This document shows, piece after piece, positions 1-8,776 of a DNA stretch of 64,000 nucleotides (position 1 is the first letter of the stretch; every line of letters starts with the position of its first letter). The notes under the pieces are model-generated. The model saw only the letters and a program-made list of their open reading frames with translations. It had not been told where the DNA came from and did not search any database. The DNA comes from Candidatus Nanosyncoccaceae bacterium (GTDB lineage: Bacteria; Patescibacteriota; Saccharimonadia; Saccharimonadales; Saccharimonadaceae). Location: positions 124,385 through 188,384 of the forward strand of contig JAZSOA010000012.1 in the NCBI GenBank assembly GCA_045536655.1, written 5' to 3'. The position numbers and the translations under genes were made by a program.

Positions 1-150
1 CTCGACCCAGAAAAGATCGACCTTGACGACATCCACGAAACCGAACGCTGGATCGAAAACGCTCTCCGCGACGGTTACGCAAAAGCACAGGAAATCGCCA
101 CCGACAAAATGAAGCCATTGATGGGCGCATTTGGTAATCTAGGTTTGTAG
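1..150 (+). CDS. C-terminal fragment of a YbaB/EbfC-type nucleoid-associated protein (5' end outside window)
   Basis: Frame 1 is open from base 1 to TAG at 148-150 (..EIATDKMKPLMGAFGNLGL*). Its position directly upstream of recR matches the conserved ybaB-recR pairing. Confidence 0.5.
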   Translation, partial: LDPEKIDLDDIHETERWIENALRDGYAKAQEIATDKMKPLMGAFGNLGL

Positions 151-161
151 AATTTCGAATT

Positions 162-189
162 CCTCCACATGTTATTTGTGGAGGTTTTT
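162..189 (+). terminator. Intrinsic terminator
   Basis: cctccaca-N7-tgtggagg hairpin followed by ttttt. Confidence 0.6.
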
Positions 190-258
190 GTTATTAAATA
201 CCGCCAAGCGACTAATCTTATCAAGGCAGCTCCCCTGTAGCATCCTTATAGCCAGAGC

Positions 259-382
259 CAACTAAGTTAACTAGGTTAACTTAGTTAACTTAGTTAACTT
301 GAGAGCTTAGGAACTTGGGAACTTAGGAACCCTGACAACTTTGGAACTTGTGCAACTTAGTTAACTTGGTTAACCAAGTTGC
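259..382. repeat. Degenerate 8-9 bp tandem array (about 13 units, AACTNRGNN) ending in an 18-bp perfect palindrome aacttggttaaccaagtt (363-380)
   Basis: Read directly: aactaggtt aacttagtt aacttagtt ... aacttggg aacttagg ... aacttagtt aacttggtt aaccaagtt. GTTAAC cores recur. Confidence 0.85.
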
Positions 383-468
383 TTACGCGCGCAACATAAC
401 ATGCACGGCGCAAGATATGCCATAGACAATTCAGCGACCATCTCCAAACCCTCTGATATAATATTGAT

Positions 469-1074
469 ATGTTACCATCCGCCCTCAACGATGTAATTGA
501 AACTCTAGGTCGCCTTCCAGGCGTTGGTCCACGCACCGCCGAACGCTATGCCTACTATCTTCTTAAATCCGACGAGAGCATCTCGCTCAATATTGCCAAA
601 TCCCTCACAAAACTTCATTCTGAAGTCAAAACCTGCCCAGTTACCTTCGCGCTCATCGACAGCGATAACGAAGTTTCGCCACTTTACGACGATCCAGCCC
701 GCGATAAAACCACCATTCTCGTCGTCGAGGAACCGCTAGATATTTACGCCATCGAGCATACTAAATCCTTCCACGGCACTTACCATGTTCTTGGTGGCGC
801 CATCTCCCCAATGGATGGAATAACGGCCGACCAGCTTCATATCAAAGAGCTCATCAAAAGAGTAGAGAAAGACAACGCAACCGAAATTATTATCGCCACC
901 AACCCATCGGTCGAAGGCGAATCTACGGCTGTACTTCTCGAAAAACTTTTGCACGAAAAATATCCAGAGCTCCAAATCACCCGCCTTGCACGCGGCTTGC
1001 CACTCGGCATCTCACTCGAATACGCTGACCAAATCACCCTCACTTCGGCACTTAATAACCGTACAAAAATCTAA
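469..1074 (+). CDS. recR: Recombination protein RecR
   Basis: N-terminal LGRLPGVGPRTAERYAYYLL helix-hairpin-helix and a Toprim-like ILVVEEPLDIYAIE..GGAISPMDGI..ATNPSVEGESTA. TGaTATAAT lies 6 nt before the ATG. Confidence 0.9.
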   Translation: MLPSALNDVIETLGRLPGVGPRTAERYAYYLLKSDESISLNIAKSLTKLHSEVKTCPVTFALIDSDNEVSPLYDDPARDKTTILVVEEPLDIYAIEHTKSFHGTYHVLGGAISPMDGITADQLHIKELIKRVEKDNATEIIIATNPSVEGESTAVLLEKLLHEKYPELQITRLARGLPLGISLEYADQITLTSALNNRTKI

Positions 1075-1127
1075 TAATACGCAAGCAATCTCTTCAGCAA
1101 CTACCATTCGTGCTAAAATTTATATAT

Positions 1128-1724
1128 ATGGGAGTTGGAGAGGTTATTCTTCGTATTTATGTCACGCATTTGGCTGCAATCGTCGCAGGCGTCGTAAATT
1201 CTGTTTGGTGCAAGAGTAAGCTTCTTTCCAAGCTCAGCAAGCCTATCGATGGCGGCAAAAACTTTACTGACCACAAACGCATTTTCGGCGACCACAAAAC
1301 CTGGAAAGGTCTCCTTGGCTACGTTGCATTAAATATCTTTTTTACGGTAATTGTCGGCCTTATCTACAAACTTACAAATATCAGCCATCTCAGTTTCGCC
1401 TACGAAAACCACGAAAACACCATCCTCTTCAATATCCTATTTGGCTTTTTGACTGGCCTCGCTTGGGCACTCTTCGAACTACCAAATAGCTTCATTAAAC
1501 GCCGCCTTAGTATTAAACCTGGCAAAAATCCCGAGGGCTGGAAAAGATTTTTCTTCATCATCCTCGATCAGGCCGATTCAATTTTTGGCATCTGTCTTGT
1601 ATTGTGCTTGTTTTACCCAATGTCCGTCGGCCTATATTTCTTCTACGTTTTTATTGGTTCCGCAACACATATCGTCTTTAATATGCTGTTGTATTTTGTT
1701 GGTTTAAGAAAGAATATGTTCTAA
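1128..1724 (+). CDS. CDP-archaeol synthase-like (CarS/DUF46-type) integral membrane cytidylyltransferase
   Basis: Multi-TM protein with GDHKTWKG and ELPNSFIKRRLSIKPGK...LDQADS motifs typical of the CarS family. ATG at 1128 follows TGcTAAAAT (1111-1119) by 8 nt. The track ORF begins at GTG 1110. Confidence 0.6.
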   Translation: MGVGEVILRIYVTHLAAIVAGVVNSVWCKSKLLSKLSKPIDGGKNFTDHKRIFGDHKTWKGLLGYVALNIFFTVIVGLIYKLTNISHLSFAYENHENTILFNILFGFLTGLAWALFELPNSFIKRRLSIKPGKNPEGWKRFFFIILDQADSIFGICLVLCLFYPMSVGLYFFYVFIGSATHIVFNMLLYFVGLRKNMF

Positions 1725-1732
1725 GGAGATTC

Positions 1733-4210
1733 ATGATTTATAAATTCAGTGATGCAGAAATATCAGACAAAAATGGTAATAAGGCCAACTCACTCATCGA
1801 AATGCAACGTGCTGGTTTTAATGTACCGGACGGCCTGGTTTTAAATAGTGATTGTTTTGATGAATTCTTACAATCTAACTCGCTCACAGATACAATTAAC
1901 AAAGAGCTAGCGAAGGGCGACGGCCTATCCAAAAAGACTCTCTCAGCATTCAAAAATGCAAAGCTTCCAAAAGGAGTCAAAACACAGCTGGACAAACTAA
2001 TCGATTCCAAAAAACTTTATGCCGTACGCAGTAGCTGCACGAAAGAAGACTTAGGCGATTCATCTTTCGCGGGACAATACCAAAGCTTCCTCTTTACCGA
2101 AGCAAAAGATATCGAGCGTCGCATTGTAGATTGCTACAAGTCCACCTACAACCAAAACATTGTAGCTTATTGCAAGCAAAACCACATCAAGCTCAGTTCT
2201 CTCAAAATGTCAGTTGTCGTACAGGAAATGATCAATTCAGATTATAGCGGCATTTGTTTTACGGTTAACCCAACAACCGGCAACGATAAAGAAATGCTTA
2301 TCGAGGTCGCAGAAGGCATTGGCGAAGAAATTGTTTCGGGTCACAATGCGCCAGAGCAATATTTCTATAGCTGGTACAATCACTACGCGAAATTCGACGA
2401 AAACAATCAGATTCTAGACAAAGCCAAGCTCAAAGAACTCGGCAAAACCTTTGCTAAAATCCAGCTCCATTTCGGCTTCCCGTGCGACATCGAATTCGCC
2501 CTGAAAGACGAGGAACTATACATTCTACAAGCCCGTAAAATTACCAAGATTTTTTATGGCGATTACGACGACGTATGGACCACGGCAGATTTCAAAGACG
2601 GCGGCGTTTCGGCAACCGTTTGTACGCCATTTATGTGGAGCTTGTACGAATACGTCTGGGATTTCATCATCCAAAAATTCCTTGTAGACTCCAAAATTCT
2701 CCCAAAAAATTACTGCGAACAGCACACCATGGGTGACATGTTCTTTGGGCGCTGCTATTGGAATTTAAGCGTAGTTAAGAAAGCCATGAGTAATGTCATT
2801 GGCTACCGCGAACGCGAATTCGATAACGAATATGGCATCAAGGGCGATTACGAAGGCAATGGCGCCACCACCAAGCTCACGCCAAAGAACGCCATCGTGC
2901 TAGCCAAAATGGCCCTCGCGCAAAAGAAAATCCTCAAAGAGCGCGAAGATAACGCCGAATCGTATATCGCAGATTTAATGTCAAAATATAACGGCTACGC
3001 CAAGAATTTCGACACAAACAAAGCAAAAATCGCTAAAATCTGGCGCAAGCTTGTCGAAAAAGACTATTTCCAGAGCGAGACCACCTATTTCTGGCAGATT
3101 TTCATCAATACCATTCATCAGTCACTCTACAAAGATAGCCTGCTCAAATTCATGAGCGAAGACGAATATCTCACAGTCCTCGGCGGCATCAAAGATATTT
3201 CACACATGCGCCCATTCTATGCCATGTGGGAAACCAGCCGCCAAATTCGCCAAGACAAAGATGAACTCAAATTCTGGCAAGAAAAAACTCCGGAAGCAAT
3301 CCTCAAAAACCTTGATAAAAACTACAAATCTCTCCAGTCTCTCAAACAAATCATCGCGGACTATGGCTATCATTCAGACAAAGAGCTTGATGTTACCTAT
3401 GAATGCTACTACGAAAACCCTCTGCCATATATCAAGAATATTCAATCGATGATCGAGCTCGAAGATAGCTTTGGTCCAGAAGCCGATCAGCTCCGTAACG
3501 AAAACGAATACCACAAAATCCTCGAAAAGCTCGAAGGGCAACTTAGCGCCAAGAAATACCATAAAGTACACACTAAGATTCAGAAAATGCGCAAGATGCT
3601 TTGGTGGCGCGAAGAGTTCCGTGATGTTTCGACCAGATTCTATTACATTATCCATCTCTACTCCAAATACTACGGTGAAGAATTGGCCAAAGAGAAAATC
3701 CTCAAGACTCCAGAAGATATTTGGATGCTCAAAATTCGCGATATCTGGAATTACCAAGACAAGAAAATCGACGCGAAAGAGCTCCGCAAAATCGTCGAGC
3801 GCAATCGTAAATATTACAACTCGTATCGCAACTACATGAGCGATAACGAAATTGTACCGAAAAACCATAGCCAATCCGCCGTTAGTGATTCGAATATTCA
3901 TGGCCTCGGCGCCTGCAGCGGCAAAATTACCGCTACTGCACGCGTTATCAAAGATTTCTCCGAAATCGACCGGCTCAACAAAGGCGAAATTCTGGTCACG
4001 AAATTCACAGATACCGGTTGGACGCCAAAGTTCGCCATTATCTCTGGTATCGTTACGGAATATGGCGGCATCCTTTGCCACGCAGCGATTGTTTCGCGCG
4101 AGTATGGCATCCCAGCAATCGTTAACTGTCACGACGCAATGAGTAAAATTCAAGACGGACAAACCATCACAATCGATGGCGGAACCGGGGAAGTAATAAT
4201 TGAGGAGTAA
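1733..4210 (+). CDS. PEP-utilising (PpsA / rifampicin phosphotransferase-like) enzyme: ATP-grasp PPDK_N domain plus C-terminal phosphohistidine swivel domain
   Basis: AVRSSCTKEDLGDSSFAGQYQSF, DIEFAL..LYILQARKIT, and C-terminal ILVTKFTDTGWTP..GIVTEYGGILCHAAIVSREYGIPAIV. Confidence 0.8.
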   Translation: MIYKFSDAEISDKNGNKANSLIEMQRAGFNVPDGLVLNSDCFDEFLQSNSLTDTINKELAKGDGLSKKTLSAFKNAKLPKGVKTQLDKLIDSKKLYAVRSSCTKEDLGDSSFAGQYQSFLFTEAKDIERRIVDCYKSTYNQNIVAYCKQNHIKLSSLKMSVVVQEMINSDYSGICFTVNPTTGNDKEMLIEVAEGIGEEIVSGHNAPEQYFYSWYNHYAKFDENNQILDKAKLKELGKTFAKIQLHFGFPCDIEFALKDEELYILQARKITKIFYGDYDDVWTTADFKDGGVSATVCTPFMWSLYEYVWDFIIQKFLVDSKILPKNYCEQHTMGDMFFGRCYWNLSVVKKAMSNVIGYREREFDNEYGIKGDYEGNGATTKLTPKNAIVLAKMALAQKKILKEREDNAESYIADLMSKYNGYAKNFDTNKAKIAKIWRKLVEKDYFQSETTYFWQIFINTIHQSLYKDSLLKFMSEDEYLTVLGGIKDISHMRPFYAMWETSRQIRQDKDELKFWQEKTPEAILKNLDKNYKSLQSLKQIIADYGYHSDKELDVTYECYYENPLPYIKNIQSMIELEDSFGPEADQLRNENEYHKILEKLEGQLSAKKYHKVHTKIQKMRKMLWWREEFRDVSTRFYYIIHLYSKYYGEELAKEKILKTPEDIWMLKIRDIWNYQDKKIDAKELRKIVERNRKYYNSYRNYMSDNEIVPKNHSQSAVSDSNIHGLGACSGKITATARVIKDFSEIDRLNKGEILVTKFTDTGWTPKFAIISGIVTEYGGILCHAAIVSREYGIPAIVNCHDAMSKIQDGQTITIDGGTGEVIIEE

Positions 4211-4211
4211 T

Positions 4212-4814
4212 ATGTTTATTGCAAAATGGAATAAAAGCGTGATTCTAACCTATATCGGCGCATTAATCGCCTGTTTCGGCATCTATCTAGCTTTGGCCGG
4301 AGCGCCAAACTGCGCCTGTATTTGTCTCGTACTGGCCGGCGTTTGCGATATGTTTGATGGCGCAATTGCGCGCAGTATTAAGCGCAACGAAGAAGAAAAA
4401 CAATTCGGCATCGAACTCGATTCGCTCGCAGATATAGTAAACTTCATCGCATTACCAATCGTAATTATCCTCACTCAAAACCAAAACTCGTTCGCCTTGC
4501 TTTCGAGCTTCGCGCTTGCCATTTGCGGTATCGCCAGACTAGCGCATTTTAATTCCGTCGCTAAACAAAGCAAAAAGAAAATCGACCATTACCAAGGTCT
4601 GCCAGTTACTTTTTCGGCACTCATTTTCCCAGTCATCTTTATCATCTCCGAGCTATTCTTCTCAGAAAACCTAGGAACCATCCTATCCGTCACGGCCTTT
4701 ATTGTCGCAGCATTCAATATCATCAACATCAAAATCCCTAAGCCACGCGGCCTCGCCTATGGTGTCTTTAGCGGCATCGCCATCGCAACAATAATCTTAT
4801 TGAGCATCCTATGA
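4212..4814 (+). CDS. CDP-alcohol phosphatidyltransferase (phosphatidylserine synthase-like)
   Basis: DG(x2)AR(x8-12)G(x3)D(x3)D signature: DMFDGAIARS...FGIELDSLADIV. Protein is multi-TM. The GAGGAG SD precedes ATG 4212. The stop overlaps the next start (ATGA). Confidence 0.8.
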   Translation: MFIAKWNKSVILTYIGALIACFGIYLALAGAPNCACICLVLAGVCDMFDGAIARSIKRNEEEKQFGIELDSLADIVNFIALPIVIILTQNQNSFALLSSFALAICGIARLAHFNSVAKQSKKKIDHYQGLPVTFSALIFPVIFIISELFFSENLGTILSVTAFIVAAFNIINIKIPKPRGLAYGVFSGIAIATIILLSIL

Positions 4815-5662
4815 CCAAAGTTTACAATCGACAAACACAAACCATTTGTGAACTTCCACAATATGGAGAGAAGCTCCTCAAATTCCTCTACAAAACAGCC
4901 GTGGGCCGGTTTTTGCTAAAAATTATCGCAGGCCATTGCTGCTCCGAAATTAATGCTATCTATAATCGCTCAGCATTTAGTAAAAAGAAAATCCGCCCGT
5001 TTATCGAGAAAAACAAAATCGATGTAAGCAGGTATAGCATCGAAGATTTTAAATCTTTCGCAGATTTCTTTTCGAGAAAAGACAATACAAAAACCTTTTC
5101 CAAAAACAAGAACGAGCTTATTTCGCCTGCCGATTCAAAACTGCTTGCTTACAAAATTTCCAAAGATCTACAAGTACAAATCAAAAACACAACTTACAGC
5201 CTTAGTGACTTAATTGGCGGTGGCATTCCCGAAGAATTTGAAGGCGGCAACTGTCTGGTCTTCCGTCTCGCCATGGACGATTATCATCGCTACTGCTTCG
5301 TCGATGACGGCAAACTCCTAAGCGCCAAGCATATCAAAGGAAAACTCCACACGGTCAGCTCCATTTCCGAACAATACAAAGTCTTCATCCAGAATGATCG
5401 CATTGTAAACTTTTACGAGCTCAATCATTTCGGTAGTATGATACAAATCGAAATCGGCGCCTTGTTAATCGGCAGAATCAAGAACCACAACATTACAGAT
5501 TTCAAGAAAGGCGAAGAGAAGGGCTACTTCGAGCTTGGCGGTTCTACCATCATTCTTCTGACTAAGAAAAACATCAAAATTGACGAGGATATCCTTGCGC
5601 AAAGCAAAGAGAGTACCGAAACAAAAGTAAGCTACGGCGAAAAGATAGGAGTAATATGCTAA
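4811..5662 (+). CDS. psd: Phosphatidylserine decarboxylase proenzyme
   Basis: Psd-like length, with the FELGGSTIIL self-cleavage (G-S-T) motif near the C-terminus. ATGA overlap with the upstream gene. Confidence 0.8.
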   Translation: MTKVYNRQTQTICELPQYGEKLLKFLYKTAVGRFLLKIIAGHCCSEINAIYNRSAFSKKKIRPFIEKNKIDVSRYSIEDFKSFADFFSRKDNTKTFSKNKNELISPADSKLLAYKISKDLQVQIKNTTYSLSDLIGGGIPEEFEGGNCLVFRLAMDDYHRYCFVDDGKLLSAKHIKGKLHTVSSISEQYKVFIQNDRIVNFYELNHFGSMIQIEIGALLIGRIKNHNITDFKKGEEKGYFELGGSTIILLTKKNIKIDEDILAQSKESTETKVSYGEKIGVIC

Positions 5663-6567
5663 AGCGATTGTACATATATTTCAAAGAACGCTATCCAATC
5701 TTCTCCAGGTTTTTGGTGGGCGTAATTATCTTTACGGAAATTTATTTCATTATTCTACTCAATCACGGCGTTACCTGGGATAATATTTGGCCAAATCTTG
5801 GCATTCAAGAATTTGTAGGTATGTTTACCGTCTTCGCCTTTTTGATGTGGTTACGCGTTGCGGACGATCTAAAAGATTACGAAACCGACAAAAAACTCTT
5901 CAAAGACCGCCCACTACCAAGTGGCCGCACGAAAATCAAAGATGTCATGGTTGCCTGTACAATTGTTCAGGCCATAGCTATCGCGCTCAACATTATCTTC
6001 ATGAATAATATCGTCTTCTTTATTATTCTTTACATCTACGGATACCTCATGAGCAAATGGTTCTTCCAGCGCTCAAAGATTCAGCCAAGCCTACCGCTTG
6101 CCCTCATTACACATAATCCAGTTCAGGCTATTGTAAATCTTTACATCGTTTCGTTTACGGTCATCAAATACAATCTTCCAGCTATCACGCTTATCAATAT
6201 CTTGGCACTCTTTACACTTTATTTCCCAGCGCTGATTTGGGAGATTTCGCGCAAAATCAAAGCGCCAAAAGAAGAGAATGCCTATACAACTTACTCCAAA
6301 CTATTCGGCTACAAGAAAGCTACAAAATTTGTTCTCATCATGACGCTCGTGGATATCGTAACGAATTTCATTCTTGTCTTTAATCTCAACAAGATCTCCA
6401 TCCTCGCGCTTGCCTTGCTAGCTGCCTGGATGACCTGGAAGTTTGTCCAATTTATAAAGAATCCTAATAAATTCAAACTCGTCAATAAAGTCGAGCGATA
6501 CATGTACCTGCAAGAAAGCACCATGCTGCTCACGATCGTAATCTTTATCATCGTAGGTAAAATCTAA
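5656..6567 (+). CDS. UbiA-family prenyltransferase
   Basis: Polytopic membrane protein with the first Asp-rich motif ADDLKDYETDKKLFKDRPLPSG (NDxxDxxxD...RPLPSG type). Confidence 0.75.
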   Translation: MLKRLYIYFKERYPIFSRFLVGVIIFTEIYFIILLNHGVTWDNIWPNLGIQEFVGMFTVFAFLMWLRVADDLKDYETDKKLFKDRPLPSGRTKIKDVMVACTIVQAIAIALNIIFMNNIVFFIILYIYGYLMSKWFFQRSKIQPSLPLALITHNPVQAIVNLYIVSFTVIKYNLPAITLINILALFTLYFPALIWEISRKIKAPKEENAYTTYSKLFGYKKATKFVLIMTLVDIVTNFILVFNLNKISILALALLAAWMTWKFVQFIKNPNKFKLVNKVERYMYLQESTMLLTIVIFIIVGKI

Positions 6568-8774
6568 TGCTTGGCGGCAAAGCTAAGAATCTACAAATTC
6601 TCAAAGCGGCCGGTTTTAATGTCCCGGATTTTCAACTCGTGCATTTTGAAGATATTCAAAACGAAAGCTACGAGATTAACCTTCAGGCCCAGAAGTATGC
6701 CGTACGCTCCGCTGCAAATGTCGAAGACGGCACAGAGAGTAGTTTTGCTGGACAGTTTACAACTTTCCTCAATGTTAGCAAAAAAGATTTAAAGAATAAA
6801 ATCCAAGCCTGCGCCAATGCGACAACTACTAGCAAAAAATACGCTGAAAGCAAAAATATTAATACCAAAAATCTAAAAGTCGACGTCATTGTACAAGAAA
6901 TGGTTGACACAGATTTTGCCGGCGTAATTTTTACAGCCAATCCGCAAGGCTTACTCAACGAATCTATTATCGTAGTTGCGCCAGGCCTTGGCGAAAATGT
7001 TGTCGCCGAAAAAGGCAAAGCCACAAGCTATTATTACAATACCACCGATAACCTTTACTATGCCGATGGCGACAAAGACTACCTCGACGAAACCACCATC
7101 CAGAAGCTCATTACACTATCGCAACAAATCGAAGAAGTCCTGACCAAAAATCTCGACATCGAATTCGCTATCAAAAACGGCGAGGTTTATATCCTACAAG
7201 CCCGCCCAATTACAACGCTCAAAACCAATCATCCGCTCGTCCTAGACAATAGCAATATTGTCGAGAGTTATCCGGGAATATCATTACCGCTCACGATTTC
7301 TTTCGCCAAAATGATCTACAGCGGTGTTTTTGAATCGGTTTGCCGCCGCATTGTACGAGATGAAAAAGAACTACAAAAGCATCAGAGCGTCTTTAAACAA
7401 ATGGTCGGCTCGAGCAACGGCCGCCTATACTACAAAATCAGCAACTGGTACGAAATTATCAATTTCTTGCCATTTTCGCAAAAAATCTTGCCAATGTGGG
7501 AGGAAAGCCTGGGCCTTAAAAATAGCATCAAGCATCAGCACGAAGCCAATTTTAGGCTCCATGCCAGAGTTGCCAAGAACTTCTTGAAAGAGCTCAAAAA
7601 CTCCCAAAAGAACATGGCTTGGCTCAACAAGAAATTTATCACAGTCGAAAAAGCCTACCGCGCAAACTATTCCGAAGACCTCAATCTTCAGCAAAGCCTC
7701 GGCCTGTTTTACCAGCTCGCGGACAGCCTTTTCCCGCACTGGGATTTAACTCTCATTAACGACATGTACTGTTTTATCAATGTCGGACTCTTGAAAAAGA
7801 AGCAGGGCGAGCGCGCTAACGAAACCATTTCAGCGATCTCGAACCTCGAAAGCATGAAACCGGTCGAAACCATGATCTTGCTCGCCGCAGACAAAAATGA
7901 ACTCAGTAAAGACGAATATCAGCTACGTTTCAATAAATATATCGAGGATTATGGTGACCGCAACGTCGAGGAGCTAAAACTCGAAAGCCAAACCTTCCGC
8001 ACCAATCCAGAACTACTCGAGCAGAGAATCGAAGCATATCGTAAAGATCCAGAAAACCTCTATCGCCTCGCCGACGAAATTCGTCATAAAACCAGTACGT
8101 CACAAAAAGATCTCCTGGCGAAACGTTGCGCTTCCGGTATTCGCAACCGCGAAATCTCAAGATTAAACCGCAGTCGCATCTTTGGTATGGTACGCGAAAT
8201 CATGCTCCATATTGGCAAAATTCTTACAAAACAAAAAGCCATCAAAACCCAGGGCGACATCTTCTATCTCACGATTGAAGAAATTGAAAGCTACAACAAA
8301 AAAGCCTACGATCTACAATCCATCATCAAAAACCGCAAACAAGAATATCAAATCTTCGCGCAGCTACCAAATTATTCCAAACTCATCTTTGCTGAGCAAG
8401 AATTCGATAAACTCCCGCAGAAACTCAACACTCATCCACAAAAGCTCGACAGTACGAATGTTCTAAATGGTACACCTTGTTCCAATGGTACCGTCAGCGG
8501 GGAAGTCTTAATCATCAAATCGCCGACCGAGCAATACGACACTACAGGCAAAATCCTCGTCACGCGCTCAACTGATCCAGGCTGGGTATTCATGCTATCT
8601 ACCGCCAAAGGCATCATCTCGGAACGCGGCTCGCTCTTATCCCATACTGCCATCATCTCACGCGAACTAAAAATCCCGTCCGTCGTCGGCGTAGAAAACG
8701 CCACAAAACTACTTAAAAACGGAGACAAAATCACCCTAGACGGCAAAACTGGCAAAATTACAATTGAGAAATAA
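6567..8774 (+). CDS. Second PEP-utilising (PpsA/RPH-like) enzyme, paralog of 1733-4210
   Basis: AVRSAANVEDGTESSFAGQFTTFLNV, DIEFAIKNGEVYILQARPIT, ILVTRSTDPGWVF..GIISERGSLLSHTAIISRELKIPSVVG. The start overlaps the upstream stop (TAATG). Confidence 0.8.
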   Translation: MLGGKAKNLQILKAAGFNVPDFQLVHFEDIQNESYEINLQAQKYAVRSAANVEDGTESSFAGQFTTFLNVSKKDLKNKIQACANATTTSKKYAESKNINTKNLKVDVIVQEMVDTDFAGVIFTANPQGLLNESIIVVAPGLGENVVAEKGKATSYYYNTTDNLYYADGDKDYLDETTIQKLITLSQQIEEVLTKNLDIEFAIKNGEVYILQARPITTLKTNHPLVLDNSNIVESYPGISLPLTISFAKMIYSGVFESVCRRIVRDEKELQKHQSVFKQMVGSSNGRLYYKISNWYEIINFLPFSQKILPMWEESLGLKNSIKHQHEANFRLHARVAKNFLKELKNSQKNMAWLNKKFITVEKAYRANYSEDLNLQQSLGLFYQLADSLFPHWDLTLINDMYCFINVGLLKKKQGERANETISAISNLESMKPVETMILLAADKNELSKDEYQLRFNKYIEDYGDRNVEELKLESQTFRTNPELLEQRIEAYRKDPENLYRLADEIRHKTSTSQKDLLAKRCASGIRNREISRLNRSRIFGMVREIMLHIGKILTKQKAIKTQGDIFYLTIEEIESYNKKAYDLQSIIKNRKQEYQIFAQLPNYSKLIFAEQEFDKLPQKLNTHPQKLDSTNVLNGTPCSNGTVSGEVLIIKSPTEQYDTTGKILVTRSTDPGWVFMLSTAKGIISERGSLLSHTAIISRELKIPSVVGVENATKLLKNGDKITLDGKTGKITIEK

Positions 8775-8776
8775 CA

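Noticed and set aside
259-382. Possible CRISPR array
   Set aside because: The units are only 8-9 bp, contiguous and degenerate, with no spacers and no cas genes. It is a tandem repeat, not CRISPR.
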